64,000 bases of DNA. Origin: Nitrospirota bacterium (GTDB lineage Bacteria > Nitrospirota > Nitrospiria > JACQBW01). Of this stretch, positions 13,493-22,632 are shown one piece after another. Location: positions 3,183 through 67,182 of the forward strand of contig JACOTA010000013.1 of the NCBI GenBank assembly GCA_016178585.1. The letters are read 5' to 3'. Made by a program: the position numbers and the translations under genes. The notes beneath the pieces were generated by a model. That model had not been told where the DNA came from. It did not search any database and was given only the letters and a program-made list of their open reading frames with translations. How positions within the stretch are numbered: position 1 is the first letter of the stretch; each line of letters opens with the position of its first letter.

Positions 13493-13780
13493 TCAGGTTT
13501 CGGTATAAAAATTCTCGGTTTGCTTTTCAGCGGAAGGATTGCTGATTTTTTGCACATAGTGCCTGGCCCAGCTCAAAAAAATAGAAGCGCTGTCTTTCAT
13601 AGACTCAGACCCCTCAATCATCGGCCCTAGCTGTTCATCGCTGAATCCTTTTACGCGGAGCTCGTCGACTTTATGGTCATAAACTGATGTGAAATCCTGC
13701 AACGCTTTCAGCACGTTGGTTAATGACTTTTCGATTTCAGGATCCATTTCAATCATATATTTTACTCCGCATGTGGCCAT
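13493..13780 (-). CDS. Hypothetical helical protein downstream of the OFOR operon
   Basis: Co-directional ORF with normal composition; the true start may be a downstream Met. Confidence 0.7.
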   Translation of the reverse strand: MATCGVKYMIEMDPEIEKSLTNVLKALQDFTSVYDHKVDELRVKGFSDEQLGPMIEGSESMKDSASIFLSWARHYVQKISNPSAEKQTENFYTET

Positions 13781-13806
13781 TCCCTTAAGGAATCCCTTTT
13801 ATAAGG

Positions 13807-14019
13807 TTATCGCATGACCATGGTAATCGCCATGTGTTTTGCATTATCACAAACGACCACGCAGAGCTCACACCCTTTGCATCGATTTTCGACAACATAG
13901 GCTTTCTTTTTGTTAGGGTCGAGTTTAATCGTATCGGCTTCCGGGCAATAAAGAATACAGAGCCGGCACCCCTTGTTGGCAATACATTTATCGTCATCAA
14001 CCTGTGCAACAGCGTACAT
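13807..14019 (-). CDS. 2-oxoacid:ferredoxin oxidoreductase delta (2x[4Fe-4S] ferredoxin) subunit
   Basis: CIANKGCRLCILYCP and CKGCELCVVVC motifs; last gene of the OFOR operon. Confidence 0.9.
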   Translation of the reverse strand: MYAVAQVDDDKCIANKGCRLCILYCPEADTIKLDPNKKKAYVVENRCKGCELCVVVCDNAKHMAITMVMR

Positions 14020-14046
14020 TCAGAAATTCTCCTTTTTCTTCGAAAA

Positions 14047-14727
14047 TTAAACCAACATGGCTGATTGAGACTCCGCCCAGGCGGAACTTATTTCATACCC
14101 TTTCACAATTGTTTCGAGGTTTTTCTGGAGAAGCTGTTCTTTTTTAGCGAATTTTTTCTTAATGGCTTCGTCCAACGTCGCAGTTCCGCCCGAAGCGACG
14201 TATTTTTTTCCAAACCGGTCGGCAAGCGCCTTTTCCATCGATTCCATCTTGACGATTTTTGTGGCTCCCACCAGGGCGCCTAACATGGCCATATTGGTGG
14301 CCAGTTCGGTTCCTGCGATATCCACGGCGATCTGCGTCGCGTCTATGTATAAAAGCTTTGCTTCCAACTCTCCAAGCCGGGCGGTATCTTCCTCACTGAG
14401 CAAAGGGTGATCGGTATTAATAATGACCAGCCCGCCCCGTTTCAGGCCAGAATAAAACGGCATGGTGTAACATTTTCCCTGAGTGTAGACCTGAGGGTGG
14501 TATATCATAATAATGTCGGGATAGACAATTTCGCCTCTGTCATAAATTTTTTGGTCAGCAATTCTGACATAGCTTTCCGCCGGGGCCATCCGTTTTTCAG
14601 CTCCAAAAAAGGGATTTGAAATCGCATTCCTTCCCTCTTTGTAAACGGCTGTGGCTAAAACATGCGCGGAAGTGACCGCCCCCTGTCCTCCTAACCCTGA
14701 AATTCGAACATTGATTCTTTTTCTCAT
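14047..14727 (-). CDS. 2-oxoacid:ferredoxin oxidoreductase gamma subunit (operon 1)
   Basis: GLGGQG, FGAEKRMAP and NMAMLGA motifs. Confidence 0.93.
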   Translation of the reverse strand: MRKRINVRISGLGGQGAVTSAHVLATAVYKEGRNAISNPFFGAEKRMAPAESYVRIADQKIYDRGEIVYPDIIMIYHPQVYTQGKCYTMPFYSGLKRGGLVIINTDHPLLSEEDTARLGELEAKLLYIDATQIAVDIAGTELATNMAMLGALVGATKIVKMESMEKALADRFGKKYVASGGTATLDEAIKKKFAKKEQLLQKNLETIVKGYEISSAWAESQSAMLV

Positions 14728-14729
14728 CT

Positions 14730-15644
14730 TTATTTCACTCCTGCCGGTACGGCCGTTCCAATTTTTGCGGCGGCAGCCGCTAATTTTTTCTTGGCATCCA
14801 GTTCGGCCAAAAACGCTTTGGCTTCGTCAGTAATAAATTCTCTAAATGCGAAACGGTCAGCGGGCCCTTCAGAATCTCTCATCTCCTGAAGACCTTCCAT
14901 GCTCTGCTTTCCGATTTCAAGAATGCAGGGGGTGTAAATCTGCACGTAAGTCGGACCGATGGTTCTCGCGATTAAAATCGCGTTTTTTAGAACCCTTTCG
15001 ACCAGATTCGGCTTGCTGACGGTTAAAATGGCGACATAGGCACAGCCCGATTCCCGCGCAATTTCCGGCATACGGACTTTGTTGAATTTTTTCCCCTGAG
15101 GCGCCATTTTCATGACAAACCCTTTCTGGGTCAACCCGCTTTCCTGCCCGCCGGTATTTGCATAAAGTTCATTGTCAAAACAGATGGTTGTGAATTTCTC
15201 CTGGCGGAACCACGATTGAAGGGTCATGTCCAAACCGATATCGACCGTCGCACCATCGCCCGCGAGAACAACCACATCTTTTTCTTTTTCAGGAAATCTG
15301 ACTTTAAGCGCCCTTTTTAAACCTGAGGCAACCGCGTTTTGATTTCCGAAGAGAGAATGAATATTATGAACCGCGACATGGGGAAATACGAGACTGGTAC
15401 ACCCTGTCGACCCGACCATTACGGTATCTTCAGGATTCGGGAGCGAGGCCAAAACATACCGAAAGGCAATTGACTCCGGGCAGCCCGCACAGAGGGAATG
15501 TTCCTCAATCAGTTCTTTTGCACTGCCGATATCTTTCCATCCGCGGTTTTCTTTTCCATAGGTTGCGTCGGCAACAAGCTCTCTATATTCAACCGGCATA
15601 ATATCTTCTAAATCTTTCGAAATCTTGATTTTATCTTTACCCAT
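14730..15644 (-). CDS. 2-oxoacid:ferredoxin oxidoreductase beta (TPP-binding) subunit (operon 1)
   Basis: CAGC, GDG...DNELYANTGGQ motifs; ATG at 15644 overlaps the end of the alpha gene. Confidence 0.93.
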   Translation of the reverse strand: MGKDKIKISKDLEDIMPVEYRELVADATYGKENRGWKDIGSAKELIEEHSLCAGCPESIAFRYVLASLPNPEDTVMVGSTGCTSLVFPHVAVHNIHSLFGNQNAVASGLKRALKVRFPEKEKDVVVLAGDGATVDIGLDMTLQSWFRQEKFTTICFDNELYANTGGQESGLTQKGFVMKMAPQGKKFNKVRMPEIARESGCAYVAILTVSKPNLVERVLKNAILIARTIGPTYVQIYTPCILEIGKQSMEGLQEMRDSEGPADRFAFREFITDEAKAFLAELDAKKKLAAAAAKIGTAVPAGVK

Positions 15645-16842
15645 GGACAAGCTCCTTTTTCCTAAGATGGATTTGCTTTTTAATCTCTTCAACGATCACT
15701 TCAGGGGGCAGGGTCATTCCACCGGCAACGTGAGGGCCGGCAATCACGCGATCGTTCCGGTCAATCACCGATTTAATTTCTCTCGCCATCCAGCCGGCCA
15801 CGTTAAACTCGGGCACAAAAATGAGTTTGGCATTCTTTGTCGCCCGACGGATTTCCTCGGTGGGGAACGGACGAATGGTTTTAATTTTAACCAGTCCGAC
15901 TTTAATTCCCTCTTCGTTCAATAAACGAATCGCTTCCCGTCCTTGAGCAACCGCCGTTCCTGAAGAAACAATCAGAATGTCGGCATCGGTGTTTTCTTCT
16001 TCAATCAAGCTTCCTCCCAGGTAACGGAGCGAATATTTTCTCGACCGTTCAATGGCAGCCTTAATTTCCTGCTGCCAGCTTGCGTGGGTCGCGTAGCTGA
16101 TATAATTGCTCTTCATCACGAAGGGGTCTCTCATCATCCGGACAGGCGGAGTCTCCATATCCATACAGGGAACGGGAGAACGATAAGGGTCATAATGGGG
16201 AATACAGATGTCGGCGCCGGTTAAGGAAACCATCTCTTTGGTATGGCTGACAAAGAAACCATCGATACAAACCGCAATGGGAAGATGAACATCCGGCTGT
16301 TCAGCCACAATAAATCCTTTCAGGAGCATATCAAACAATTCCTGGGCGGTCTCAGCGTGCCAGATGAGCATTCCGGTGTCTAATAAAAATGCCATCTCCA
16401 GAGTATCCGGCTGAATATTCAAAGGTGAGTTGACACCGCGAACCATCACGTTAATCATAATGGGAAGCCTTGACCCTGCCCACATCGGAAAGTTTTCAAA
16501 CGCTCTTAACGTGCCGGGGCCTGACGTCGTGGTAAAAACCCTTGCGCCTCCAAAAGCGGCGCCGGCGCATTCACCCATCACGGCAAATTCGTTTTCACCT
16601 CTGAAATAATCCCCGACATACCCTTCTGTCCATAACTCCCCGATTAAAGCTGAAGCTTCACTCTGAGGGGTAATAGGATAAGCCACGGAGATGTCAACAC
16701 TGGCTCTCCTGATCGCCTCTTTTACCACTTCGCTCCCCGTTAAGAAAAATTCCTGCCTGGGAGCTTCGAAAAACATATATTCTGGTTGAACAAACTTTTG
16801 TCCCTTCTTATTTAACGTTCCAATCAGATTATTCCCACCCAT
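15637..16842 (-). CDS. 2-oxoacid:ferredoxin oxidoreductase alpha subunit (operon 1, tentatively 2-oxoglutarate/For type)
   Basis: YPITPQSE and TTTSGPG motifs. The For-versus-Por assignment is from recalled resemblance only. Confidence 0.9.
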   Translation of the reverse strand: MGGNNLIGTLNKKGQKFVQPEYMFFEAPRQEFFLTGSEVVKEAIRRASVDISVAYPITPQSEASALIGELWTEGYVGDYFRGENEFAVMGECAGAAFGGARVFTTTSGPGTLRAFENFPMWAGSRLPIMINVMVRGVNSPLNIQPDTLEMAFLLDTGMLIWHAETAQELFDMLLKGFIVAEQPDVHLPIAVCIDGFFVSHTKEMVSLTGADICIPHYDPYRSPVPCMDMETPPVRMMRDPFVMKSNYISYATHASWQQEIKAAIERSRKYSLRYLGGSLIEEENTDADILIVSSGTAVAQGREAIRLLNEEGIKVGLVKIKTIRPFPTEEIRRATKNAKLIFVPEFNVAGWMAREIKSVIDRNDRVIAGPHVAGGMTLPPEVIVEEIKKQIHLRKKELVHG

Positions 16843-17052
16843 TTTACTTTTCCTCCCTCATTAGCGGAATTTTTATGTAAAACTAAAATTAACAGATCTA
16901 TTTGAATCTACTGGTGTTTTTCGTATTTTTTTCTTAAAAAACATTAAAATTAAAACGGATAAAACCTTCCTTTTTCATTATTTTTTATAAAAGCCTTTTT
17001 CAAAAGTATAAAACCCCGGGGCATGATAAGTCAAGATAATAATTTTTAATCC

Positions 17053-17089
17053 TACTCATTATTGAGGAAGAATTCATCAATAATGAGTA
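17053..17089. promoter_or_regulatory. 13-bp perfect inverted repeat in a divergent promoter region
   Basis: TACTCATTATTGA-N11-TCAATAATGAGTA. Confidence 0.5.
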
Positions 17090-17237
17090 TTTACTCAAAA
17101 CCCGTTTTAACGGCAAGGTAATCTTAAAAGATAAAACGGATTGGAGTCAACTGGAATCAGCGGGGCCCTTTCATTTTTCTTTAAAAGCCCCTGTTAATAT
17201 GCTATAAATTTAAAATCACATTAATGGAGGTTTTTAA

Positions 17238-18647
17238 ATGACTTTAAATAATACAAGGATTTCGGTAAAAAAATGGAAGTCCAGTTTGGTCTTATTTTCC
17301 GCTCTATTTTGTTTGATTTCCGGCTTTCCTCTTTTAGCAAAGACCGCCGGTCTGGAGGATGCCATTAAATTTCTGGACCAAACCCAAAATGTTTTTATTG
17401 ATATCGCGGCAAAAGCTAAACCGGCGGTGGTGAATATTTCTCCGGCTCAGGCGCTCTCCCATGCCGGAAGACAGGATGAGGCGCCGGCGGAAAGGAGAAG
17501 ACCGGAAGTCCCCCAGGGATCGGGTTCCGGAGTCATTATTGATAAAAAAGGACTCATTATCACCAACCAGCATGTCGTGGGAGACGCGAAAGAGGTTGAA
17601 GTCCGTCTGTCGGATAAACGAAAATTTACCGGAAAGGTTATTGGAAGAGACAGCGATACCGATGTGGCTGTGGTGAAAATTGAGGCGTCTGATTTACCGA
17701 CCCTTGCCGTCGGCGATTCGTCGAAAGTTAAAGTCGGGCAATGGGCAATTGCGGTGGGAAATCCTTTCGGGCTTGAAGGAACCGTGACGCTGGGGGTTAT
17801 CAGCGCCACAGGCCGGGAGAGCGTTAATTTGTCCCGCTATGAGGATTTTATTCAAACCGACGCCTCGATCAACCCGGGCAACAGCGGGGGACCTCTTTTA
17901 AACTTAAAGGGTGAAATCATCGGCATCAACACGGCGATCATTAATTTTGCTCAGGGAATAGGATTTGCCATACCCTCGAACATGGTTCAGGAAATTGTCA
18001 CCCAACTGGTTTCGACAGGGAAAGTGACCCGCGGATGGCTCGGAATCGGCATTCAGGAAGTCAGCACGGATTTAGCCGAAAAGTTCCACATTAAGGAAGG
18101 GGAAGGCATCCTGGTCAGCGAAGTTTTTGAAGGAGACCCCGCCGCCCGCGCAGGAATTCAGCCCGGTGATATTATTACAAAAATAAACGGTCATGACATC
18201 ACCTCCACCAGCACCCTCTCCCGGCTCATTGCAAGCCTGCCACCGGGTAAAAAAACAGATATGGTCATTTTGCGCGATGGAAAACCTAAAACGATCTCGA
18301 TCACGCTGGGTGAAAGAAAAGACGAACAGAAGGTTGCCAGCGCTCAAAAAGAAACCGGCAATCTTCTCGGAATTACCGTGACTGAAATCAATCCTGATCT
18401 GAAGGAGAAATATAAATTAAAAATTGAAAAAGGAGTTTTAATTTCAAAACTCGATTCTGAAGGGCGTTATGATACAGATGCGTTGAAAGAAGGCGACGTC
18501 ATTAAGAAAATGAGGGATGATAAAATAGAAACCATCAACGACTTTAACGAGGCGGTTAAAAAGATCAAGGAAAACGAATCCGTCCTGATCTATGTTAATA
18601 GAGAAAACCGGTCGTTCTTCATCGTCTTAAAACCGAAGGAAAAGTGA
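17238..18647 (+). CDS. DegP/DegQ (Do) serine endoprotease with two PDZ domains
   Basis: GSGSGVII, TNQHVV and INPGNSGGPL motifs; signal peptide. Confidence 0.95.
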   Translation: MTLNNTRISVKKWKSSLVLFSALFCLISGFPLLAKTAGLEDAIKFLDQTQNVFIDIAAKAKPAVVNISPAQALSHAGRQDEAPAERRRPEVPQGSGSGVIIDKKGLIITNQHVVGDAKEVEVRLSDKRKFTGKVIGRDSDTDVAVVKIEASDLPTLAVGDSSKVKVGQWAIAVGNPFGLEGTVTLGVISATGRESVNLSRYEDFIQTDASINPGNSGGPLLNLKGEIIGINTAIINFAQGIGFAIPSNMVQEIVTQLVSTGKVTRGWLGIGIQEVSTDLAEKFHIKEGEGILVSEVFEGDPAARAGIQPGDIITKINGHDITSTSTLSRLIASLPPGKKTDMVILRDGKPKTISITLGERKDEQKVASAQKETGNLLGITVTEINPDLKEKYKLKIEKGVLISKLDSEGRYDTDALKEGDVIKKMRDDKIETINDFNEAVKKIKENESVLIYVNRENRSFFIVLKPKEK

Positions 18648-18702
18648 AAAAATAACAAAAACACCTGAATATTTTCGATAACCCGTTCGAAGGAGTCTAA
18701 TT

Positions 18703-19896
18703 ATTAATCAGCAACGGAATATCCTCATCTCTGTTTCCGGACAAGACAAACCCGGCATCACCGCCGGGTTAACCGGTCTCATTTCAACCCTGGGCGCCAA
18801 CCTGATCGATATCGAACAGGTCGTCACCCGTTCCCTTCTTTCCCTTTCCATGATCGTCAGCCTTGATTCAGAAAAAAATCACCAGGACCTGATCAAAGAG
18901 CTCCTCTTCAAAGCTCATGAACTCGGCGTTCACCTGACTTTCCATGTGCTGGAGGAAACGGAACTCAAGAAACATGCAGATAAACAGAACTTCGTCATCA
19001 CCTGTCTGGGTGAAGAGGTCAACGCTAAAGTCATCGCTAAATTAAGCGGACTTCTCTTTGAAGAAGGAATCAATATAGAAAAGATCGGAAAACTGACTCA
19101 GGATAAACTCAATTGCATAGAAATGACGATCAACACTGAGAAAAACATCAACCCCAGGGAAATGACGAAAAAGCTTCTCCATTTAAATGCCGAATTTGGC
19201 GTCGATATCGCCGTTCAAAAAGAGTCGTTGTTCCGCCGGGCAAAACGGTTAATCGTCATGGATATGGATTCCACGCTTGTTCAAATGGAAGGAATCGACG
19301 AATTGGCCAAAGAGGCCGGTGTTGGACCAAAGGTTTCGCAAATTACCGAAAGAGCCATGAACGGTGAGTTAAATTTTCAAGAGGCGTTAAGGGAACGGGT
19401 ACGTTTATTAAAAGGCCTCCCCGAGGAAACTCTTCAAAAGGTATACGCCAGAATACCCTTTACCAAAGGGGCCAAAGAGCTGGTCCGGATTTTAAAAAAA
19501 ATGGGGTATAAAACCGCGGTTTTAAGCGGAGGATTCAATTATTTTACCGATCGTCTGAAAAAAGAGCTGGGATTGGATTACGCCTACTCCAACCAGCTGG
19601 AAATCATCAATGGAAAACTGACCGGGGAAGTTTTAGGCGAAATTGTCGACGGGTTAAAAAAATCGGACCTGATGGAGGAGATCGCGGCTAAAGAGGGAAT
19701 TTCGCTCGACCAGGTTATTGCGATCGGTGATGGGGCGAATGATTTAATGATGATTGGCAAAGCCGGTTTGGGAATTGCGTTTAACGCAAAACCAAAAGTC
19801 AGGGAAGCCGCGCAATACAGTATTACCCAGAAAAATCTTGACGCCATCCTCTATTTACTGGGAATCAGTGATAAGGACGTCGCCCAGTTAAGCTGA
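18703..19896 (+). CDS. serB: Phosphoserine phosphatase with N-terminal ACT domains
   Basis: DMDSTL and GDGANDL motifs. The frame extends upstream of the ORF-track start with ACT sequence ILISVSGQDKPGITAGL; probable ATT start. Confidence 0.9.
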   Translation: MNQQRNILISVSGQDKPGITAGLTGLISTLGANLIDIEQVVTRSLLSLSMIVSLDSEKNHQDLIKELLFKAHELGVHLTFHVLEETELKKHADKQNFVITCLGEEVNAKVIAKLSGLLFEEGINIEKIGKLTQDKLNCIEMTINTEKNINPREMTKKLLHLNAEFGVDIAVQKESLFRRAKRLIVMDMDSTLVQMEGIDELAKEAGVGPKVSQITERAMNGELNFQEALRERVRLLKGLPEETLQKVYARIPFTKGAKELVRILKKMGYKTAVLSGGFNYFTDRLKKELGLDYAYSNQLEIINGKLTGEVLGEIVDGLKKSDLMEEIAAKEGISLDQVIAIGDGANDLMMIGKAGLGIAFNAKPKVREAAQYSITQKNLDAILYLLGISDKDVAQLS

Positions 19897-19940
19897 GCTG
19901 TTTCATTGTTACATTGTTTAAGGGTTGAATTGAGAAAAAT

Positions 19941-20150
19941 TTAAATAATGATTTTAACCGGTTTTGTGGTCTTCTCCGTCCGTTCCCCTATCGAGGTTCC
20001 ACAATAAACACACCGATACTCAAAAAGCTGCCCATCGGGAAGAACCAACAATAACCTTTCTCTAATCTGAACAGCCCTCGCGCATTTGGGACAATACAAA
20101 AGCGAGGCTTGAAGCTGGTCAAAACTTTTGGCCGGCGGGGTTTTTTTCAT
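19941..20150 (-). CDS. Small zinc-ribbon protein
   Basis: CPKC...CVYC motifs; overlaps the upstream stop codon. Confidence 0.8.
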   Translation of the reverse strand: MKKTPPAKSFDQLQASLLYCPKCARAVQIRERLLLVLPDGQLFEYRCVYCGTSIGERTEKTTKPVKIII

Positions 20151-20527
20151 CTTTTTCTTTCAACTAATTCAATTTCATAACGGTCGGGCGCGTCTATAAA
20201 AGCAAAACAACCGCCGCCTGAAGATTCTGTCGGCCCGTCGGTCAGAGAAATTCCTTTTTCAGCCAGGTATGCGGCGAACTTCTTCAAGTCCTTAACTTCG
20301 AAAGCCAGATGGACCAGGTCTTCCTGGACCTCGACTTTTCCGCTTTTGGGATAGTGACACAGTTCAATCTCCGCTTCACTTCCCGGAACCTTAAGAAAAA
20401 CCAATTCAGAACCCCGCGGAGACTTATGGCGGCTGACTAACGTTAAGCCGAGGATATCGCAAAAAAAATGAACATGCTCGTCCATATTATTAACCCTTAA
20501 CCGTGTATGCAATAATTTTGTAATCAA
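20147..20527 (-). CDS. VOC/glyoxalase (lactoylglutathione lyase-like)
   Basis: LLHTRLRV, HLAFEV and DAPDRYEIELVE motifs. Confidence 0.9.
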   Translation of the reverse strand: MITKLLHTRLRVNNMDEHVHFFCDILGLTLVSRHKSPRGSELVFLKVPGSEAEIELCHYPKSGKVEVQEDLVHLAFEVKDLKKFAAYLAEKGISLTDGPTESSGGGCFAFIDAPDRYEIELVERKR

Positions 20528-20535
20528 TCTATTTT

Positions 20536-20642
20536 ATTCAGGGGCCTGTGCCACAAAGCTTGCTCGCGAGCGTTCCCGCAGCGAAGCTATGTTTTCATGC
20601 CCCCGAACCCCGCGTTCCGCAACGGCAAAGCCGGTTGCTTCA
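20536..20642 (-). repeat. Repeat family R1, copy 3
   Basis: Conserved arms with a longer variable loop. Confidence 0.9.
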
Positions 20643-20648
20643 GCACTC

Positions 20649-21614
20649 TTACTCCATTAATACGGAAATATGTTTTTCAACCGACTCAGCCAATGCCTCA
20701 AGATGATATCCCCCTTCAAGAACCGAAACCAGCCTCCCGTCGCAGAATTGTTCAGCCATCTGCCTGACGATAGAGGTTAATCTGCCAAACCCATCGGTTG
20801 AAACCGCCATTCCCGCAAGGGGATCATCCTTGTGAGCATCAAACCCTGCGGAAATAAAAATAAACTGAGGTTTAAAAATTTCAAGCCGGGGAAAAAGGAT
20901 ATTTTCAAACGGGTCAAAATATTCCCGATCTCCCGAACCCTGATCAAGGGGACAGTTCAGGGTATACCCTTCCCCGGGGCCTTTACCGGTTTCTCCCGAA
21001 CGGCCTGTTCCGGGATAAAACGGGAATTGATGGACACTAAAATAGAAAACAGCGGGGTCTTCATAAAAAATCTCCTGAGTTCCGTTCCCGTGGTGGACAT
21101 CCCAGTCAATAATCGCAACCCGTTCCAGCTTATATTTTTGTTGTACATAACGGGCGCCAACAGCTACATTGTTGATCAGGCAAAACCCCATGGCCTGGTT
21201 AATTTTTGCATGATGCCCTGGAGGCCGAACGGCACAAAAGGCATTTTTAATTTTTCCCGTCATCATCTCATCAATAGCCTGGCAAACCCCTCCGGCCGCA
21301 AGAAGCGCTGTCTTAAAAGAAACAGAAGAAACCGGCGTATCAGGATCGAGATAAGAAAGGCCGTCCTGGGATGCAAAAGATGCCAGCCGCTCAATATACT
21401 CTCGTTGGTGAACCTTTAAAACAAACTCACGGTCAGCAAAACGAGGCTTAATCTGAAATAATTGATCGATCAGACCTTTTTGGTGAATTCTCCTGTCGAT
21501 AAAATCCAGGCGGGAAGGTGTTTCAGGATGGCCGGTTCCCGTGAGATGTTCCCGGTAACGGACGTCTGTTAAAAATCCGGTTTTAGGTTTGTTTTCCATA
21601 AAGATTACCGGCAA
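20649..21614 (-). CDS. Histone deacetylase family protein
   Basis: HPETPSRL, RPPGHHA, DWDVHHGNGT, SAGFDAH and LEGGY motifs. Confidence 0.95.
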   Translation of the reverse strand: MPVIFMENKPKTGFLTDVRYREHLTGTGHPETPSRLDFIDRRIHQKGLIDQLFQIKPRFADREFVLKVHQREYIERLASFASQDGLSYLDPDTPVSSVSFKTALLAAGGVCQAIDEMMTGKIKNAFCAVRPPGHHAKINQAMGFCLINNVAVGARYVQQKYKLERVAIIDWDVHHGNGTQEIFYEDPAVFYFSVHQFPFYPGTGRSGETGKGPGEGYTLNCPLDQGSGDREYFDPFENILFPRLEIFKPQFIFISAGFDAHKDDPLAGMAVSTDGFGRLTSIVRQMAEQFCDGRLVSVLEGGYHLEALAESVEKHISVLME

Positions 21615-21657
21615 TCCTTAAATTTCAGGTGGTCTCCCTAAACCTGAACGATTATCA

Positions 21658-22404
21658 TTACAGCAGCGAGATCAGCTCATAATACTGCTTTTGGGGCCTC
21701 TGGCTTAATTTTTCAGCCAATCGTCTTGCCTCTTCAAATAAACCAGCGCGCTCATAACAGGCCATCGCCTCTTTGTACTTTTCAGTCATCTCAAAAAGGC
21801 GTCCCGCCTGTCCGAATTGATTTCCTCTTTGATATATCTCAATCGATCGGTTAATCATTCCCAATTTTTCCGCCAACTGGCAGGCTTCGTCAATCATCCC
21901 TTCTTTTTCAAGGTCATCAATTTGACGTTTAAACAATTGAGCCGATTTTTCTTTTTGCCCGGCCTCTTCGGCTAACCGGGCGGCGTCGTCATACCACCCC
22001 GCTTTTTCATAAAGTTCGATCGCCCGGTTGACCTGGGTCATCCCCTCGGCGATTTCTGCCGATTTTTGAAGTTTCCCGGCCTTTTCATAATGTAAAATCG
22101 CTTCTTCATTTAATCCAAGGTAATAAGCGATTCTCCCCGCCTCCTCGGCTCTGTCTTCTTTTACCAGTTGTTCATAAAACCGACGGTACAGGGCAATAGA
22201 CCGCTGGGGGTCGCCTAACTGTTTCGCAAGTTTTCCCGCCTCTTCAAGTTTCCCATCCTGCTCATAGGACAAAATAAGTAACGGTCCTGCCTTTGGAATT
22301 GAAGCCTTCAGCGCTTTTTTTAAAAACTCGATCTTCCCTTCTTTGGTTGCCAGGGCGTTTAAAATTTCCTGAAACTGCTGTTCAATCTGGTCTTTGACCG
22401 TCAT
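21658..22404 (-). CDS. TPR-like alpha-helical repeat protein
   Basis: Repeated A-x-x-x-YEKAG units. Confidence 0.75.
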   Translation of the reverse strand: MTVKDQIEQQFQEILNALATKEGKIEFLKKALKASIPKAGPLLILSYEQDGKLEEAGKLAKQLGDPQRSIALYRRFYEQLVKEDRAEEAGRIAYYLGLNEEAILHYEKAGKLQKSAEIAEGMTQVNRAIELYEKAGWYDDAARLAEEAGQKEKSAQLFKRQIDDLEKEGMIDEACQLAEKLGMINRSIEIYQRGNQFGQAGRLFEMTEKYKEAMACYERAGLFEEARRLAEKLSQRPQKQYYELISLL

Positions 22405-22494
22405 TTATTCTTTCCAAAACGAATCATTTTTCAATAAACGCATCCATCCGATCATACTGGATTCTGTGACACCCGGTCAATCACCTTTTATCCA

Positions 22495-22632
22495 CCCAAG
22501 ACCAGCGATAGACTTCGCACCCACTTATTAATCATGTCATTGCGAGCACCGAAGGGTGCGTGGCAATCTTATCGTAAAGTCTTGAGATTGCTTCACTTTG
22601 TTCGCAATGACAGCTTTCTAACTCTGTTCTTG
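22495..22632 (-). mobile_element. MITE-like repeat R3, copy A
   Basis: Reverse complement of 24706-24842; GTCATTGCGA...TCGCAATGAC palindromic core. Confidence 0.75.
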
